64,000 bases of DNA from Tubulanus polymorphus. Lineage: Eukaryota > Animalia > Nemertea. Below, in pieces: positions 1 through 11,947 of the stretch. The stretch lies in the NCBI RefSeq assembly GCF_964204645.1, contig NC_134026.1, positions 10,005,950-10,069,949 on the forward strand, written 5' to 3'. The notes below the pieces were generated by a model. That model was given only the letters and a program-made list of their open reading frames with translations. It made no database searches and was not told where the DNA came from. The translations under genes were made by a program, and so were the position numbers. The stretch's first letter is position 1, and every line of letters begins with the position of its first letter.

Positions 1-664
1 TTCAACGTAACTCTGAGTCTGTTTGAAATATTTTTAATCAACACGGCACAATACGGAAGCTTCCAGGGGACATATCTATTTAAAAAAAATTTAACCTCGA
101 ACATTTTTTTTTTATAGATAGGTCCCAGGACGCTTTCGTAGTACACCTACATACATTATAAACGGGAAATAAAAGCGCAGACAGTGCTAAAAATGTCAAT
201 ATACATTATACGGTTATTGAATATTTCATGTAGATATGAGTCGAACGATGCGCATGGATGAATGCATGAAACGCTACATCATTTATTCATTACAAATCAT
301 CCTTTTATTTTATATTTGGATGGATACACTTTCGATTATTATTATATGCGATTGATATCGGCAACACATAAACGGTGATACTGGCCAATATATAAATCTT
401 CTCAGCCTTTTGAAGAGATCTTTGATTCTATATATTTCTTCGTGGAGGTTGATGTTAAGATATTAAGACACCATGCTACAAACGTTAACCGCCCTCCGCG
501 CAAACAATAACTTGGGGCAATCAGATTACCCGTTGTATAATGGATGAGGCAAATCTAACGGAAAAACTATACATGGAAAAAACCGGGGCTGAAATAAAAC
601 GGGATATACCTGATTGGCTAAAAATGACATCATCTTATAAGTTGCGCATGTAGCTGCGCACTCT

Positions 665-735
665 GGCTAGTGTGGTAGTGGCTAGTTACTATGGCGAGTC
701 TTGATGCCATCAGGTTTTAATCCCTGCCCGGGAGG
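665..735 (+). mobile_element. Possible tRNA-derived SINE head fragment
   Basis: A-box-like TAGTGTGGTAGTGG and B-box-like GGTTTTAATCC at tRNA-like spacing; no complete cloverleaf seen. Confidence 0.25.
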
Positions 736-819
736 ATGCAAAAATTAAGTAGGACAAAAGTAGGACATTTTATATCATGAATATTTTTGATATCAGTTTC
801 TATTACATATCATATTATA

Positions 820-1470
820 TACTAGTATGTCCTCCAAAATATCAGAGATTGTGAACTAGCTGTACGCAACAAAATTGAGTTTTCATTGTACAATGTAAAA
901 GATTCGCCACTCTGCGAATACCGGTTCTTAATGCGTCATTTCTCTTTCCCATTGATACTGGCTTACTATTCTATAAAATTCTCAATGCAATGATGGCTGA
1001 TTCCGACCAAAATGAAAAGAATATATCAATCTCCAACATTTTTTAACATAAAAACGAACACGCCACGCTGAAACATTTCCTTATCAACACTCGGGCCAAA
1101 ATTAAAAATACAGCATCCCCTCCGTCGCTATGGGATGAATAGAAAAGTGGATGTATGGTACTTCCATCTTGTGACGCCTTTAGGATCTTCAGTTGATATG
1201 ATGAGAGGGCAGAAAAAGTTTCGGTTCAACTTCAGAATGCGTGAAGCTGTTCCATCGTCGAGGATTTCCTCGATGGCCGGTTAGCCATGTTGAACCTCCG
1301 AAATCTATAGGATTCTTCCCTACAGGAGATCGAATCAACTCGAAGATTTTCAAAGATTCCATATATATATACCGGTTCAGCCTGTATCCCGTTACACATG
1401 GACGGTCAACCGGACGGACGGTTAAATTAAGTCCCCCATTTGCACAACGGAAAGGCGGGGACAATAATAC
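820..1470 (+). mobile_element. Helentron/HINE-like non-autonomous element (3' end clearest)
   Basis: Starts near ACTAG; ends with GACG/CGGA microsatellite (1400-1420) then GTCCCC...GGGGAC hairpin and A-rich end, the same architecture as the element ending at 24233. Confidence 0.35.
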
Positions 1471-2189
1471 AAAAGGTCCACCATGTTTTTTTTAAATATC
1501 AGAAAAACCCCATCGTAAAAATCAATTACCGTGGTATTAAACTGAAAAAGACAAAGTGAAAACGAAAAGTGGAAACTGAATTTATCTTTTTTTATAATCA
1601 GGTGCGTATCAGCCACCAAGATTCATTCATAACCAATGTTTTGCGTCTCTGTGATTTATTTTGTTATAAAGATTATTTTTCTGTTAGTTTGTCACATACA
1701 TGGAAATACCTGTGTACATCTGAATACGTAGTTAAAGATCGAAATCATTAGCAGGTGGATTTCTTTAACCACTTCGAAGAAGTCCTCGAAACTCCGAACG
1801 TACAGGAAAAGAAATAAAACGTATTGTTGCTGCCGTCATGTCACCGATCACTAATGAAGACGTGCGTATATCACCATTTGATCAGCATACTTCAAATTAA
1901 TAGGTGCTGAAAAGGATTATCAAAACACATGAATATCCTAATTAATATAACTTATTAGTCTATATACAGTTGGGATATCTTAATCTGACCTTAAACTGAT
2001 ATTTTATTTCAAAAACTCAAGGTCACAATGTTGCCAATCATGAGCGGTATAACAATATATATATATATTGGATGGACACCATAAATGATACATTTTTACG
2101 TAAAACATTCTTTTACCAAGTTTTTTTCCTTATAAGAATTATACAACTATTCATTCATTTTTTGCACGCTACGGAACTCTTTCCCAAGC

Positions 2190-2370
2190 AGTTCTACATA
2201 ACAGAGCATTAGAGATATATCCATCAAATCTAAAAAGTTTAAAATTCTAACTTCTCCATTTAACGCGTGTTGGATTCTGATATCATGAGTTTCTGATAAA
2301 TATTCGATCCATCCCATAGCCATTTTTATGATTTTTATGATGAGGAACATACCCTTGGAATAAGTCCGAT
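2190..2370 (-). mobile_element. Degenerate Polinton/Maverick protein-primed PolB fragment
   Basis: MAMGWIEYLSETHDIRIQHALNGEVRI resembles the A..WL.Y......IQHA.N.GE.RI motif of Polinton pPolB; short and degraded. Confidence 0.5.
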
Positions 2371-3299
2371 TGTGTAGGGTTGTTCAGATTCAGATTAAGA
2401 TTTACATTTGTGCAGAAATTATATACAATTTTTTCGAGCACAGGATACACTAAGAATAAACGGTTTACAGTTATATAAATACAGTTACTCCAGCTACATT
2501 CAAAATATACAGTAACTGTTATTTCTTTTATAAAGTTCCTAATATCAAATACACGCAATTAGGACGAACGTGCACAGCGATGGCTAGATGTGCCTTTTTT
2601 ATAAATACTGCTAGCTTCCTTAAGATGTTTGGGTCTTGTGATGAAAAAAGATTCATAAATTTTCTTTAATTAGGGAAACTTACTAGTTGTTGCTGCGGTA
2701 TGTATCGACTTCGCAAACTTTCGAAAAAAGTACACTCCGATCATGAAATGGTATTCATCGCCGATTTTTTGTAAAAACCTCAGATGCAAGGCCAAATGGC
2801 ACGCGGAAGCAATAGTTGCACAACGTTCATACATTTTTTGATCTGTCGAATCAAAATTTTTTTTTCTGGAATCGTGGTACGGAACTTTGATGGTATTCTA
2901 TTACTATTTGCTTAGATTCATGCAGGCGTGATGGGGCCTAGTTTGAAAGTGAAAAATACCAAAATACACTCATTGAAAATGAGACACCATGTGTGGACAG
3001 TTGTTTATTGAATTGATGCTTGGTGTTTAGCCCACTTGGGACTTCAGTTCAAACCTTGAAACATTAACACACCTGTGGCTTTCACAAATCATCCATTTGA
3101 AAAAAAACTGAAAATATATCATGTCACAGAACCCTTCTATGCTGCATCCATTCAAACAGTCATCTCCAGATATACCGCCCACATCGGTGCAGAATGATTT
3201 TGGTGGTATAGAGAGTATGGATGTTGCACTATGTCTTGGTATAGAGATGTACATTATGAAAACATGACGGTAGGCGGGGGGGGGTTAAATAGGAGGGCG

Positions 3300-4342
3300 G
3301 TATATCATGTAGAAATGCAGAAATTAGCCATTGTGGGCCCAAGAGGACAGCCTATCGTGAAAACCCCATCTATTTATCGGAAAAATCTTCAAGATTGATA
3401 CACATTTCACAGGTGGCTATTTTCAAGGTGTTTGAAGGTAGCATTATCCAAATCTGGTAGCAGTAGCAGAGGATACGACACTAAAGCTGATCAGTATTAC
3501 CGGTAATAGAATTCATTCAGAGCTTCTCTAATTTACAAGAAATGTCCTCCGGCGCTGAATATCTGTCAGTTTGGTTCGAAAATCAAGGACGGTATTCCCA
3601 TTCCTGCTATCTCAAAAGGACCTGCGGGACCCAAGGCATTCCTCGAGGTAGTCTGAATACCAGTCGTTGTTACGGTTCCGTACAACGTTGTTTCAGGAAT
3701 AGCGGTTAGGTACTAGACTATCCTCGAGGTCATTGCATCAGTGTGCATAAGCAGCGAAGGCATGTAGTGCGCATAGTTGCAGATGTCATCATGAGGGACT
3801 TTCGTGCACAATCTACTGCAAATGTTCATCTGGGGAAAAGTGTCATAATCCACATAAAGCTGAACAAGAGGAAGAAGATAACAATGAAACACATGAGCAG
3901 CAAGAGGATAATGGAGCCGAAGATGAATTGGAACCAGATATGGGACTTGATGAATGGGAGTAAGATATTACAGTTTTCAAATGGCTTTGTGCAGAATAAC
4001 ACTCGAGGTCCTCACAGGTTACAGAAATGAAGCTGTATTACATGAAATTCTAACTACCTTGATTTGATCTCAGACGTCCCATATAATGTTAATAACTGTT
4101 CTATTAATAGCGAGACCTTCAAATAAATACCAAACATGGATATGTTACTATAAAATTGTGGATTTTTAATTTTCTAATACACATTTTGGGGCGTGGTACC
4201 TTCTGGGGGTTATTAAAAAAGTTGCCCAAGGTTTCCAAGGTGGCAACTATTATCTAAAATATGTATGTAGATCATGAATCAATCATAAAACCTTGTACTT
4301 ATGAACTTTTCCGGGTCCTTGTATAGATCAACTGGACTTCTA
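3300..4342 (+). mobile_element. 3' end of a degenerate Academ-like DNA transposon
   Basis: + strand frames give FGSKIKDGIPIPAISKGPAGPKAFLEVV then ACSAHSCRCHHEGLSCTIYCKCSSGEKCHNP (C-terminal Cys-rich/CXC finger), an acidic tail and a terminus ...CTGGACTTCTA; Academ elements end in CTA and carry a C-terminal Cys8 finger. Confidence 0.5.
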
Positions 4343-4920
4343 CCACACGAGTGGCATGGCTTATCGATGGACGAATGTTGTTCGTCCCCTATAATTCATC
4401 GAGTTATCACCTAAAACCAGTTGCTATGTATACACTACGAGCAATTGAGATAATTGCTCGTAAGTATATCATATGGAGTCCAAATCCGTATTGTTCAAGG
4501 AGTCGAATTAGTTTTTGTAGTTTTGATGATTGATGATTGAGCTGCTTTGTCGACTGATGCATTTATTTAGGTAATTGTTTTTTTTTAGAAATTCGTGCCA
4601 TCATTGACCGTATAACATCGTTATTCACAAGTTCTGTGAATAATTCGTTTCCTTGCAAACTCTATTAAATTCCCTTCAAATTAATTGAAATCAAATTTTA
4701 CAGTTCGGATGGACAAATTTGACATAAAGCCTAAGGTTTTTGAATAGGAGTAAAATTCAAGTATGCATCGGATTTAAAGTTACATATGAATAGGAGTTGC
4801 ATAGTTCAATAAATTATTGAATACAGAGGAAGCTGTAACATCAGGATTTCAGTATTATTATTAATTTCATAACGCCTTGAATTGTCAGTCTCTCATTCGA
4901 TCACAGCGCATTTCTAGAAC

Positions 4921-5867
4921 ATGCAGGGGGCAGTAATGCAAGTGCGTTGGATATCGCCCTTACCGGTGACTATCAACCTGGACACAGACTCGTTTACATC
5001 GAAGTTGTGTTCGTACCAAGAAACCGTACCTCTAACCTACGCCTTGTTCTAGAGGGTACTAACATGTTTTTAATCGCCTTACTGGGATATGTCGGTAACT
5101 TTTTGATAATGGTGATAATGCTGAATTCTAAATATCGTCGACACCCGTACAGCCTGTTTTTTATATCAATGGCACTTTGTTTTATCGTGACGTCCTTTCT
5201 TTTGGCTTGTATTAACAAATTTCTCTTTCAATACGGGTTGGAAGTTATTCGATTATCACGCAGTGAATTCTCCTGTCGCGTTCTCTATTCGTCACATAAT
5301 GTCATCAGTTTTTTCAGCCCGTTAGCGCTGGCCCTCGTGTCTCTAGAACGGCTGACCGTGATACTGTTCCCGTTTCAGGGCCCAAGATTCTGGACCCGTA
5401 AGACAGTCACTATTATCATCGCAGCTACGATCCTTCTATTATTTTGCTTATCTATGTATCTAACCCGAGGTGTAACGTTTATGTTTAATGTTGGTTGTGT
5501 TATTAAGAATACTGGTTACCCACTAGTCGCTTCTATTCTGACATTCATTATCAGCGCATTTCTACCGACGTCCGTCATATTAATTTCAACTCTGTTAATT
5601 CTAATTTCGCTATTCCGCAGAACAAAATCATCATCAACCTCTGCGGCATCGGTGCAAGTATCTATGATGGTATCTGCCAACTGTTTGTTCTATCTGATCA
5701 CCACGGAACCTATCTATATCCTTATGGTGATATTATGGGCCAGGCCTGATTTGCCAGTAGGTTTCGCTTTTGAGGTAACTGATAGCTTGAATATTTGGAA
5801 TTTTTGTGTGAATTTTTACTTATATGTTCTGACGGGGAAAGATATATGTTCTTTTGAAAAGGAGTGA
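4921..5867 (+). CDS. Intronless rhodopsin-like (class A) GPCR, divergent peptide-receptor-like; possibly a pseudogene
   Basis: Seven hydrophobic segments; TM1 GN (LLGYVGN), TM3 SLER, TM5 P (FLPT), TM6 P, TM7 NFCVNFYLYVLTG. First in-frame ATG is at 5064; upstream ATG 4921 is in another frame and stops at TAG 5050-5052. Confidence 0.8.
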
Positions 5868-6699
5868 TGTGATGTGAATGTTGTGGGTACTAAAAATCAT
5901 TCTTATTCGTGCACTAATGCCAGAAACAGTAAACAGGTAAAATAGATCTGCGCAGGCTGAGTACATAGCACGCATTCCTCCGCGCATATCCTGCGCAATT
6001 CTAAATACTATTCTTCGAGATCTATATACCCTTCATAGTATCCCATCCATATTATACCAGGCACTTTTATGACAATCCCGACACGATCCCGACATTCCTG
6101 ACAGCACATTTGATAAGCTTGACCGAATCACACCATTTCAAAATGAGTGCAACAACATGTGACTGTGCACTATTTCACCAGATACTGGACTTGACCAAGT
6201 GGGACTGGGATGAAGGACCGTGCGTAGATTACCCTTTATAGGTACAAAGTGGATGAGATCGAGGGCTGTGTCTTTGCTTGAAAAGTTCAACCCTTATGAA
6301 CTCTTTGAATTTATAATTAGATAATAATGGCAATTTGAAACCGAACCCTCGCCTCATTAAAGACAACCCTATGGAACTATATTGACCTTTTCTGGAATTG
6401 AACCCTGTGGAACTGGGTTTTGAACTGGTGGAGCTCGAATAGTTCATGTATATAATCTCTTTATTCGCAATTTCCTGAACAGATACACGATGCCTCGTTC
6501 CAGTCCCTAGAAAATGACGTGGCCCAGTACTCCCTATCCGGCCATTGTATTCTTCCTGGGGTTCCAATGCGAAAATGGCGAATGATCCTGACTATTGTAT
6601 TGTATTAAATTATAGCATTAATGATCTAGTTTAAGGGTTGGGTGCTCGCCCCTTATGACACTTGAGTTTCCTAGGTATACCTAGGAAACTCAAGTGACA

Positions 6700-8020
6700 A
6701 ACATACTGTTGATGCTTTTGGGGTAAAGCTCCTAGATCTCTGTAAAAGCGCTAACTTCAGAATCGCCAACGGTCGTGTTCAAACTGACTCCATGGGTAAA
6801 TCTATTTGTTACAGCCACCATGGTGCACCAAGTACTATTGATTATTTAGTTGGAGCTGAAGATTATTTTGCAATGTTGATATGTTGTATATTAATCCACC
6901 ATCTGCGCACTCTCATCATTGTAAGCTATCTACTGTAATCTTTACTGGTTCCTTCCATATCCCCCTCACGGTTGTTGACAATCTCATCTCGTGTATATAT
7001 AACCACTCCCTCTGCTGCGGATATCCAGTCCGAAATTACCCATGCCATTGACTATATCTCTCATGTCAATGAGGTGGTCTCTTCGATTAATAACATCCTT
7101 GTCAAAACTGCCTAACGCACAGGCTTCGGAAAGAACCCCTTCTCTTGCGCCAAATCACGCCTGGTCAAGAAGCACTAAAGAACCATAAATGGTTTGATCG
7201 CGATTGTGTCTACCTAAAACGTGATAAAAACTTGGAAATCAGCTCGACAAAATGCCCTTTGACGTCAATCTACTCTCGGCCCACCAATGCAAACGCAAGG
7301 CAATTAAATGTCTAGATAACAAAAGAAGTCTCTTTAAACCAGAAGTTCTATCTCAAATGAACCCTCTCCACTCTAACGAATCCGAGAGAATACTAGTCCC
7401 TTTTCGATCAACTCCGGTCTCTCGACAAATAAAAGAATTTCAGTCCTATTAGCGAATCTGACCGGTTCGACCCCTTTAGCAAGCTTCTCAGCGACACCAC
7501 CAGAGCCAGTTTCTCCCAACATGCTGCCTCCTATATTCAATTTAATAAGGACTCTATCTCTAATGAACTGAACCTGAAAGATCCTTGACCACGCAATTTC
7601 AACTCAAGAAAAAGAAGTCAGCTGAACCGGACTCTTGACTCAATGAAATGATCAAAACTGCCAATAGCCCCATCTTACCCCTCCTTAACAAAATCTTCAA
7701 TGTTGTTTTATCCAATGACCACTTACCTGGGCTCTGGAGACGTACTCCAGGTAACTACCGGGTTATTGTTGCCGGTATGTTATCTTTCAAGATTATTCTG
7801 CGCTAATCTTCGTGCTAGACTACTCTCATTTTCTGATAAACAATCCCCGATTGCCAGATAGGTTTTTAAAACAAATGCGTTCATCCGACCACATCCTAAC
7901 CCTCAAAAGCCTTATCGAAAAATATCCTAACAAAGCCTCGAAATCATATATTTACTGCTGCTTTATAGACTTTAAGATAGCCTTTTGATTATGTTCCCGT
8001 ATAATGATGTTTCCCAATCT
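6700..8020 (+). mobile_element. Degenerate LINE ORF2 fragment (APE C-terminus to RT N-half)
   Basis: Broken frames give LLDLCKSANFRIANGRV, STIDYL, KWFDRDC, PGNYR and YCCFIDFK, collinear with the LINE at 17.4-21 kb; many stops and frameshifts. Confidence 0.75.
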
Positions 8021-8859
8021 TCACAGGGGCTATTTGCTCTCAATTTCTTTTCTGAATCCCATCTGTCCTTTGGTCAATGGATCGCCCGCTGCAATTCATA
8101 ACCCTACAAACCCAATTTCGACCCTCCACCACGTACCCTTCCAAGTCTGAAGCAACCAATTGGCTTGGGAGCGAGGCTGCCGAACGCCCTCAAACACACA
8201 CAAAATCGATGAAATATGAGAAACCATAAACCAATATATAGAACCATCGAAGAGTTAACACCATGGATGAAGCAAAAATATCGGTTCAACAGCCTCGCCC
8301 CAACGCCAGCGCAACAAAAGCCGGGACAGCAGGTCTTCGTGTGGCAAGGGACGAGCAAAGAGAATACACATAGGCTTACATAGAATATATATGGACCGGT
8401 TCCCAAGGATGCACACAATGAATGCGCCAAACCTACACCAAGGTAAGTCTTCCAGAATGTGATGTCAACCTAGGGTGGTTACCACCAACAATGACCAAAG
8501 CTTGCAGTGATCATTCAAAAGGATTACAAATGAATTCAAAACGTGAATGACCGTGATAAAACCACATTGAATGTCCGTAAGCAAAGTATAGGGTAGACGA
8601 TACACTGAAAAACTGAGATTTAGCTCTTGGATTAAAATCATGACCTTAATTAAAATCGCCTGACTAATACATACAAATGTATACACCGTAGTCGGTCCCA
8701 AATTCGTCACTTTGACCTCACTGGACCTCAGATTCCAACCGGGCGATCAACACCTTAATGATCCTTCTATAACGGGACTGATTCTTATCATCTCTCCTAG
8801 TTCTACAATAATTGTCTGACCATCTTAGCGGGTTCTTATATCTTAAAGTCCCATTTAAC

Positions 8860-9255
8860 AGAATGACTTCCACATTTAGCCTACTCGGAATCTCATCATC
8901 TTCAAAGTCCCCCTATCGGACTCATCATCTTTATAGTCCGCTCTTCTACAAAAGCCGAACTCTTATCTTTAAATTACATCTTCTACAAAACCAGATTCTG
9001 ATTATATTTACAGTCCTTCTACAATATCAGGCTCTTATCATATTTATAGACTATCGGACTATTATCATTTTTATAGTCCTTCTTCTACAATACCGGACTC
9101 TTATCATCTTTATAGCTTCTTCTACAATACCGGACTCTAATCATCTTTATAGTCCTTCTTCTTCAATACCGGACTCTTATCACCTTTATAGTCCTTCTTC
9201 TACAATACCGGACTATAATCATCTTCGCAGTCCTTCTACAAACACCGGACTAGCC
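8860..9255. repeat. Minisatellite, ~36-39 bp unit (TCTACAATACCGGACTCTTATCATCTTTATAGTCCT), ~10 diverged copies
   Basis: Directly visible tandem array; it accounts for the repetitive ORF 8812-9258. Confidence 0.85.
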
Positions 9256-9814
9256 TAAACCAACGTGTCTCAACCACAGTTGAGATCCGAAAAATCCCAT
9301 ACGACCACACACGTCTGAACGCGACGAGATCCAAACGAAGACTGATCGCTACGCTGATCACACGTGACCAATGTGAATAGTAGTCTGTATGAGCGTGTTT
9401 TTGTGTGTGCAACTGTCTAATGTTTAGCACTCCTGCGCAAGACGGAGGCCTTGTGTAGTGAACGTTCGCTTGACTTCAATCTCAATCAACACAATCACCG
9501 GGTATTAAAATGAAACAATACCTATGGCGATATGTGAAATAATTATATTCTCACCAGCAATGAGCATTTAAAATTCGGCACCTAGTCCAATGAAACGTTC
9601 GCCATTTACGGCTTTCCCATAATTATTTTAGTAGCGCCGGAATTCCCCGTATATCCCAAAAACAGCCAATCACATTCGCTTGTAGAGACGACGATCATAA
9701 ATGCGAAAATTTTTGTGAGCTCTGTCACAATAAGTCCGAGGTTTCGGGATGAAACGACTCGTTTTTCCTCTTATTGCGGTATGAACACCAATTTTAGCCA
9801 GTTTTAGCTGGTTA

Positions 9815-11140
9815 ATTTTTGGAACACGTTGAAAGTGAAATTCTTCCTCTTTACACCGATTGTAAACCCAAACTTTGGCGACGTTACGTTGATGATATTC
9901 TCCGTTTAGTTTCCCCTGATTTTGATTTAAACGGTTTCTTATTTTATTTGAACTCTTTATATCCAACTTTGAATTTCACTTTTGAGTGGAAAATAACCGC
10001 ATCCCGTTTATCGATGTACTCAATCATAATTTCAATACCAATTTGAAATTCTCCGTTTAAAGAAAACCGACGAATGCCGAAGTTTATCTTAATTTTTTCT
10101 CATTTACTCCTTACAACATTAAAATTGGGATAGCACAAGGATTATTCCTTCGAGCTCTTCGATCAAATGTTTTGAGATAATGAAATCAAACATATAAGAA
10201 CTGCTCCTAAGAAACTGGCTTACCAGAAAAGATTTTGAACAAAGCGTATTTTAAAGCCAGGACTTCTCACTATGGATGTAAAGATTTGACCACAAAATGC
10301 AGAGCTCATAGGAATATTGTAGTCCCGTATTTACCGACTTTGGAACGCTTCAAATCGACATTAAGCACCGTTGACTCTAGATTAGTCTTCTAATATCATA
10401 ATAAACTCATCAATGTTTTAACTAAAAACGAACCGATTAGTGAGCTCATTGAGTCTGGGGTCTATATGATACCATGTAAGGATTGTAACATGATGTACAT
10501 CGGTGAAACGGGTCGCAATCTTAGTCAACGTGTTCTGGAACATAGGGTAGACATCCGTGATCAAAAGCCTGAGAGTGGGATAGCAAACCATGTTTTTACA
10601 ACCAACCACCAATTTGACTTTCAAAATTCTAAACTCATTTATCCTTGTAAAGACATTCATAAGAGACACATAGTGGAATCAGCCCTTATTTGCAGACTTT
10701 TGAAATCCAACTTATCAGATAAGTTCTGTAGATACTGGTTTTTCTCCTCATAATCAATTATTGTCCAGACATATCAACTTCTAGATTTTGGTTAATGCCA
10801 CTATGTGTCACACTGCTTTCCCCATCCACTTCTACTCCAATTAGTTACATAATTTGTACTCATCCTAACTTTTTATAGAATTTTGTGGTTTCTATGGTAC
10901 CCCTGGTTGTTTTCATATGTCACTTGTTCAGTTAACATTATTCTGACACATCGCTTTTGTTTATGTCCTGTGAGTTTGTATGTTACGTTACTTCTGTTTT
11001 CTGGTCATTCCACCTGATGATGGCTGTTAGTCAACAGCCGAAACGTTGTGGTTGCATTCTAATAAATTATCTCATATGAAATTAGAATTGTGAGACTTCT
11101 TCAATTAATGTACAATATACACGGATTAGAGTGTTTCATT
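9815..11140 (+). mobile_element. 5'-truncated Penelope-like element (RT C-terminus, GIY-YIG endonuclease, pLTR region)
   Basis: KLWRRYVDDI RT motif; GVYMIPCKDCNMMYIGETGRNLSQRVLEHR GIY-YIG motif with SGIANH and IVESALI; stops and frameshifts; hammerhead in the 3' region. Confidence 0.9.
11010..11051 (+). ncRNA. Minimal type I hammerhead ribozyme in the Penelope pLTR
   Basis: CCAC-CTGATGA-T-GGCTGTT-AGTC-AACAGCC-GAAAC-GTT-GTGG: stem I CCAC/GTGG, intact CUGAUGA and GAAA cores, 7-bp stem II, palindromic AACGTT stem III. Confidence 0.85.
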
Positions 11141-11947
11141 CGACGACTATTATGAACAGCAATGTATGTTATCATAAACATAAAAACGACAAATCATCAG
11201 GCGGTAAAACAATTTGTGAAAAACAAATTCGATGCAATGCGTGTAGCAAAATTGTAACCTGAACCACCAAAGTTTTATCTATCTTTGTTGGGAAATTGAC
11301 TTTGTCATTGTATCGAACATAATATGTCGAAGCTCGTCAATATCATAATTGTAAAACAATACATGTCGGCTAATAAGCGAAACAAGAGCAAAAATCGCGC
11401 AAAATTGTAATTAACAACAATCGCAGGGAAAAAACTGAGAAAAAAATCGTTTTTCATAAAAATGAATCATTTATGGCATCCAAATCCCACTTGTTGGGTG
11501 TGAAGTAAGCCAATACATACTACTATCTTATGGCTGATTTTGTAAAAATTCTATTTTTGTAAGTATTAATGAAGGAATAAATGTCCAGGGTAAACAAGCG
11601 GGTTGGCAAGTCACCAAGGGGAACTAGAATGGATTTTTTCAAAATAGCATGATTCGTAGATTAATCGGTTCAGGTAATGATCCCCGGCTAAAGATCCTCG
11701 CGTAAATATCCCCCAGAAAAAATTCCACACGGTTAAAATCCCCTGGAAAAAAACCCTTGGCAAAACTCTCCCTGGAGTAATCATATCCATGAGTTATCAT
11801 AAAATTTAAATGTATTCTTAAATATTGTTGTAAAAAGTACATGTGTATTATCAAGTTTTATACCCTATGCATTTGATAGAAAACCGGGGTGGATTTTTCC
11901 TAGGGGATATTTACTGGGGGATTATTATCTACATTCAGATTATTCAC

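Noticed and set aside
3027-3254. Possible Penelope RT relic (MYISIP)
   Set aside because: Single weak motif with no corroborating blocks
6229-6567. 112-aa minus-strand ORF
   Set aside because: No ATG start and no family recognised in any frame
8860-9255. CRISPR-like periodicity (also 44145-44457)
   Set aside because: Units are contiguous with no unique spacers, there are no cas genes, and the context is eukaryotic
8812-9258. 148-aa ORF with repeated SSTIPDS/YSP units
   Set aside because: Translation of the minisatellite; non-ATG start, no domain
9330-11380. Candidate terminal exons for the PAN gene (~11370, ~9581, ~9350)
   Set aside because: None gave a phase-1 continuation with a convincing peptide, so the 3' end is left unresolved
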